DNA of 64,000 nucleotides from Methanomassiliicoccales archaeon (GTDB lineage Archaea; Thermoplasmatota; Thermoplasmata; Methanomassiliicoccales; UBA472): NCBI GenBank assembly GCA_040768245.1, contig JAXGNA010000005.1, positions 36,716 to 100,715 of the forward strand, read 5' to 3'. Shown piece by piece: positions 63,927 to 64,000 of this stretch (position 1 is its first letter; each line of letters starts with the position of its first letter). The notes under the pieces were generated by a model. It saw only the letters and a program-made list of their open reading frames with translations, ran no database searches and was not told where the DNA came from. The position numbers and the translations under genes were made by a program.

Positions 63927-64000
63927 ATGCCGCTGACACCGGAGATGCGCAGAGCGGGAGTGACGCCGGAACTGATGAACACCACCAGGCGTTTCGCTTG
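63927..64000 (+). CDS. 5' end of an unidentified gene running off the window
   Basis: ATG at about 63927, then MPLTPEMRRAGVTPELMNTTRRFA with no stop to the window edge. Too short to classify. Confidence 0.25.
   Translation, partial: MPLTPEMRRAGVTPELMNTTRRFA

Overview
High-GC (~60%) archaeal chromosomal segment. The gene content is euryarchaeal: ATP-dependent DNA ligase, Rpo11, TBP, RadA and RadB, aIF2-alpha, Nop10, L44e/S27e, class-I CCA enzyme, ArcS-like protein, IPK plus type-2 IDI plus GGPP synthase, and GGGP/DGGGP synthases. Two 5S rRNA genes not linked to 16S/23S and the general gene flavour suggest Thermoplasmata, possibly Methanomassiliicoccales-like. That assignment is inference only and cannot be proven from this window. 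About 75 features are supported: roughly 65 CDS, three tRNAs (Gly-UCC, Pro-UGG, intron-containing Tyr-GUA), two identical 5S rRNA genes, one integrated element and IS110-family remnants. No CRISPR array was seen. From 33 to 64 kb the window is mostly ordinary, tightly packed housekeeping genes. The non-routine parts are: (1) a 6.2-kb low-GC element integrated into the 3' end of tRNA-Gly, bounded by an exact 20-bp direct repeat, carrying a tyrosine integrase, orphan genes and a nested, decayed IS110/IS1111-type IS with a long GC-rich 3' non-coding end; (2) a compact tusA / dsrE2-like / dsrH / dsrE / dsrF-like sulfur-relay operon with a divergent wHTH regulator; (3) a 1474-aa protein with integrin-like topology (FG-GAP loops, PKD modules, one TM helix, a Roadblock/longin-like cytoplasmic tail), followed by a DUF92 membrane protein and a stand-alone DUF835 protein; (4) a 3.9-kb island holding one large adhesin-like gene, bracketed by two 125-bp perfectly identical direct copies of the 5S rRNA gene; (5) an in-frame TAG codon separating that adhesin's signal peptide from its 1031-aa body, plus a second TAG just upstream of a coded TM helix in the neighbouring zinc-ribbon gene. 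These TAGs are either candidate readthrough/pyrrolysine sites or fresh nonsense mutations. All homology calls rest on motifs read in the translations; no database search was possible.
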